Below are positions 63,477-64,000 of a stretch of DNA of 64,000 nucleotides, in pieces. Origin of the DNA: Macrostomum lignano (lineage: Eukaryota). Location: positions 101,992 through 165,991 of the forward strand of contig NIVC01000105.1 in assembly GCA_002269645.1 (NCBI GenBank). Reading direction: 5' to 3'. The stretch's first letter is position 1; every line of letters begins with the position of its first letter. The notes under the pieces were generated by a model. The model did no database searches. It was not told the origin of the DNA and was given only the letters and a program-made list of their open reading frames with translations. A program made the translations under genes and the position numbers.

Positions 63477-63518
63477 CTGAAAATTTGGGGGGGGGGGATA
63501 AATCATGTACATGTACCT

Positions 63519-63705
63519 ACCAACCACACCTGATAATTATAGCTGTTAAGTAATTAGAGCAACCAAACACACCTGATAATTATAGCTGTTAAGTAATTAG
63601 AGCAACCAACCACACCTGATAATTTTAGCTGTTAAGTAATTAGAGCAACCAACCACACCTGATAATTATAGCTGTTAAGTAATTAGAGCAACCAACCACA
63701 CCTGA
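63519..63705. repeat. 43-bp tandem repeat, about 4.3 copies (accaaccacacctgataattatagctgttaagtaattagagca)
   Basis: Copies at 63519, 63562, 63605 and 63648. Confidence 0.9.
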
Positions 63706-63862
63706 GACAGACGACAGTTTAAACACTTGCCTCAAAGGAGTGCCTCATAGACCTGAATGACACGATAAAACAAAGATCAATGGGGTACTTTGGCATGCAT
63801 ACTAAAACTGTAACATCAAGTAAGCCACCAGAAAAGAATCTACACGCAGCGGTTGGACTCAC

Positions 63863-63972
63863 CATAAACCGAAGCTGCACCGGAGCGTCCACTCCGACGA
63901 TAGTGACGTTTGTAGCGGCCAGCCACCCTCTGGGCGACCAGACCCAGTGGCTTACAATCGGGTACACGAAGC
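63863..63972 (-). CDS. amt: Third Amt paralog (AmtC), exon 3 only; exons 1-2 would lie beyond the window
   Basis: tttctttcag|(G)FVYPIVSHWVWSPRGWLAATNVTIVGVDAPVQLRFM|gtgagt; 110 nt, phase 1 to 0, as in AmtB exon 3; sequence differs from both A and B. Confidence 0.92.
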
Positions 63973-64000
63973 CTGAAAGAAACCCGAACTTTGTATTTCC

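Overview
Animal genomic DNA with spliceosomal introns. The intron-filling minisatellites and GC-rich exons suggest a repeat-rich invertebrate such as the flatworm Macrostomum, but this is an inference. No prokaryotic features, rRNA, tRNA or CRISPR arrays were seen. By hand estimate, 40-45% of the window is micro- or minisatellite, and most long ORFs in the supplied track are translations of these repeats. Real content: (1) a decayed Tc1/mariner element with perfect 29-bp TIRs and a TA duplication (38-1039); (2) a complete 11-exon UNC-5 netrin receptor gene on + (20192-40926, 1006 aa), with a candidate second signal-peptide exon 14 kb upstream (5770-5923); (3) an ammonium transporter (Amt) cluster. 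The cluster holds AmtA on - (47384-42211, 506 aa) and AmtB on + (49978-61967, about 544 aa), head-to-head across a 1.7-kb (GATA)n array. A third paralog, AmtC (-), enters at the right edge with an intact exon 3 but no exon 4 or 5 of its own. It may splice long-range into AmtA exons 4-6 across the antisense AmtB gene, be a pseudogene, or reflect an assembly collapse. All exon boundaries and phases were derived by hand and are predictions.
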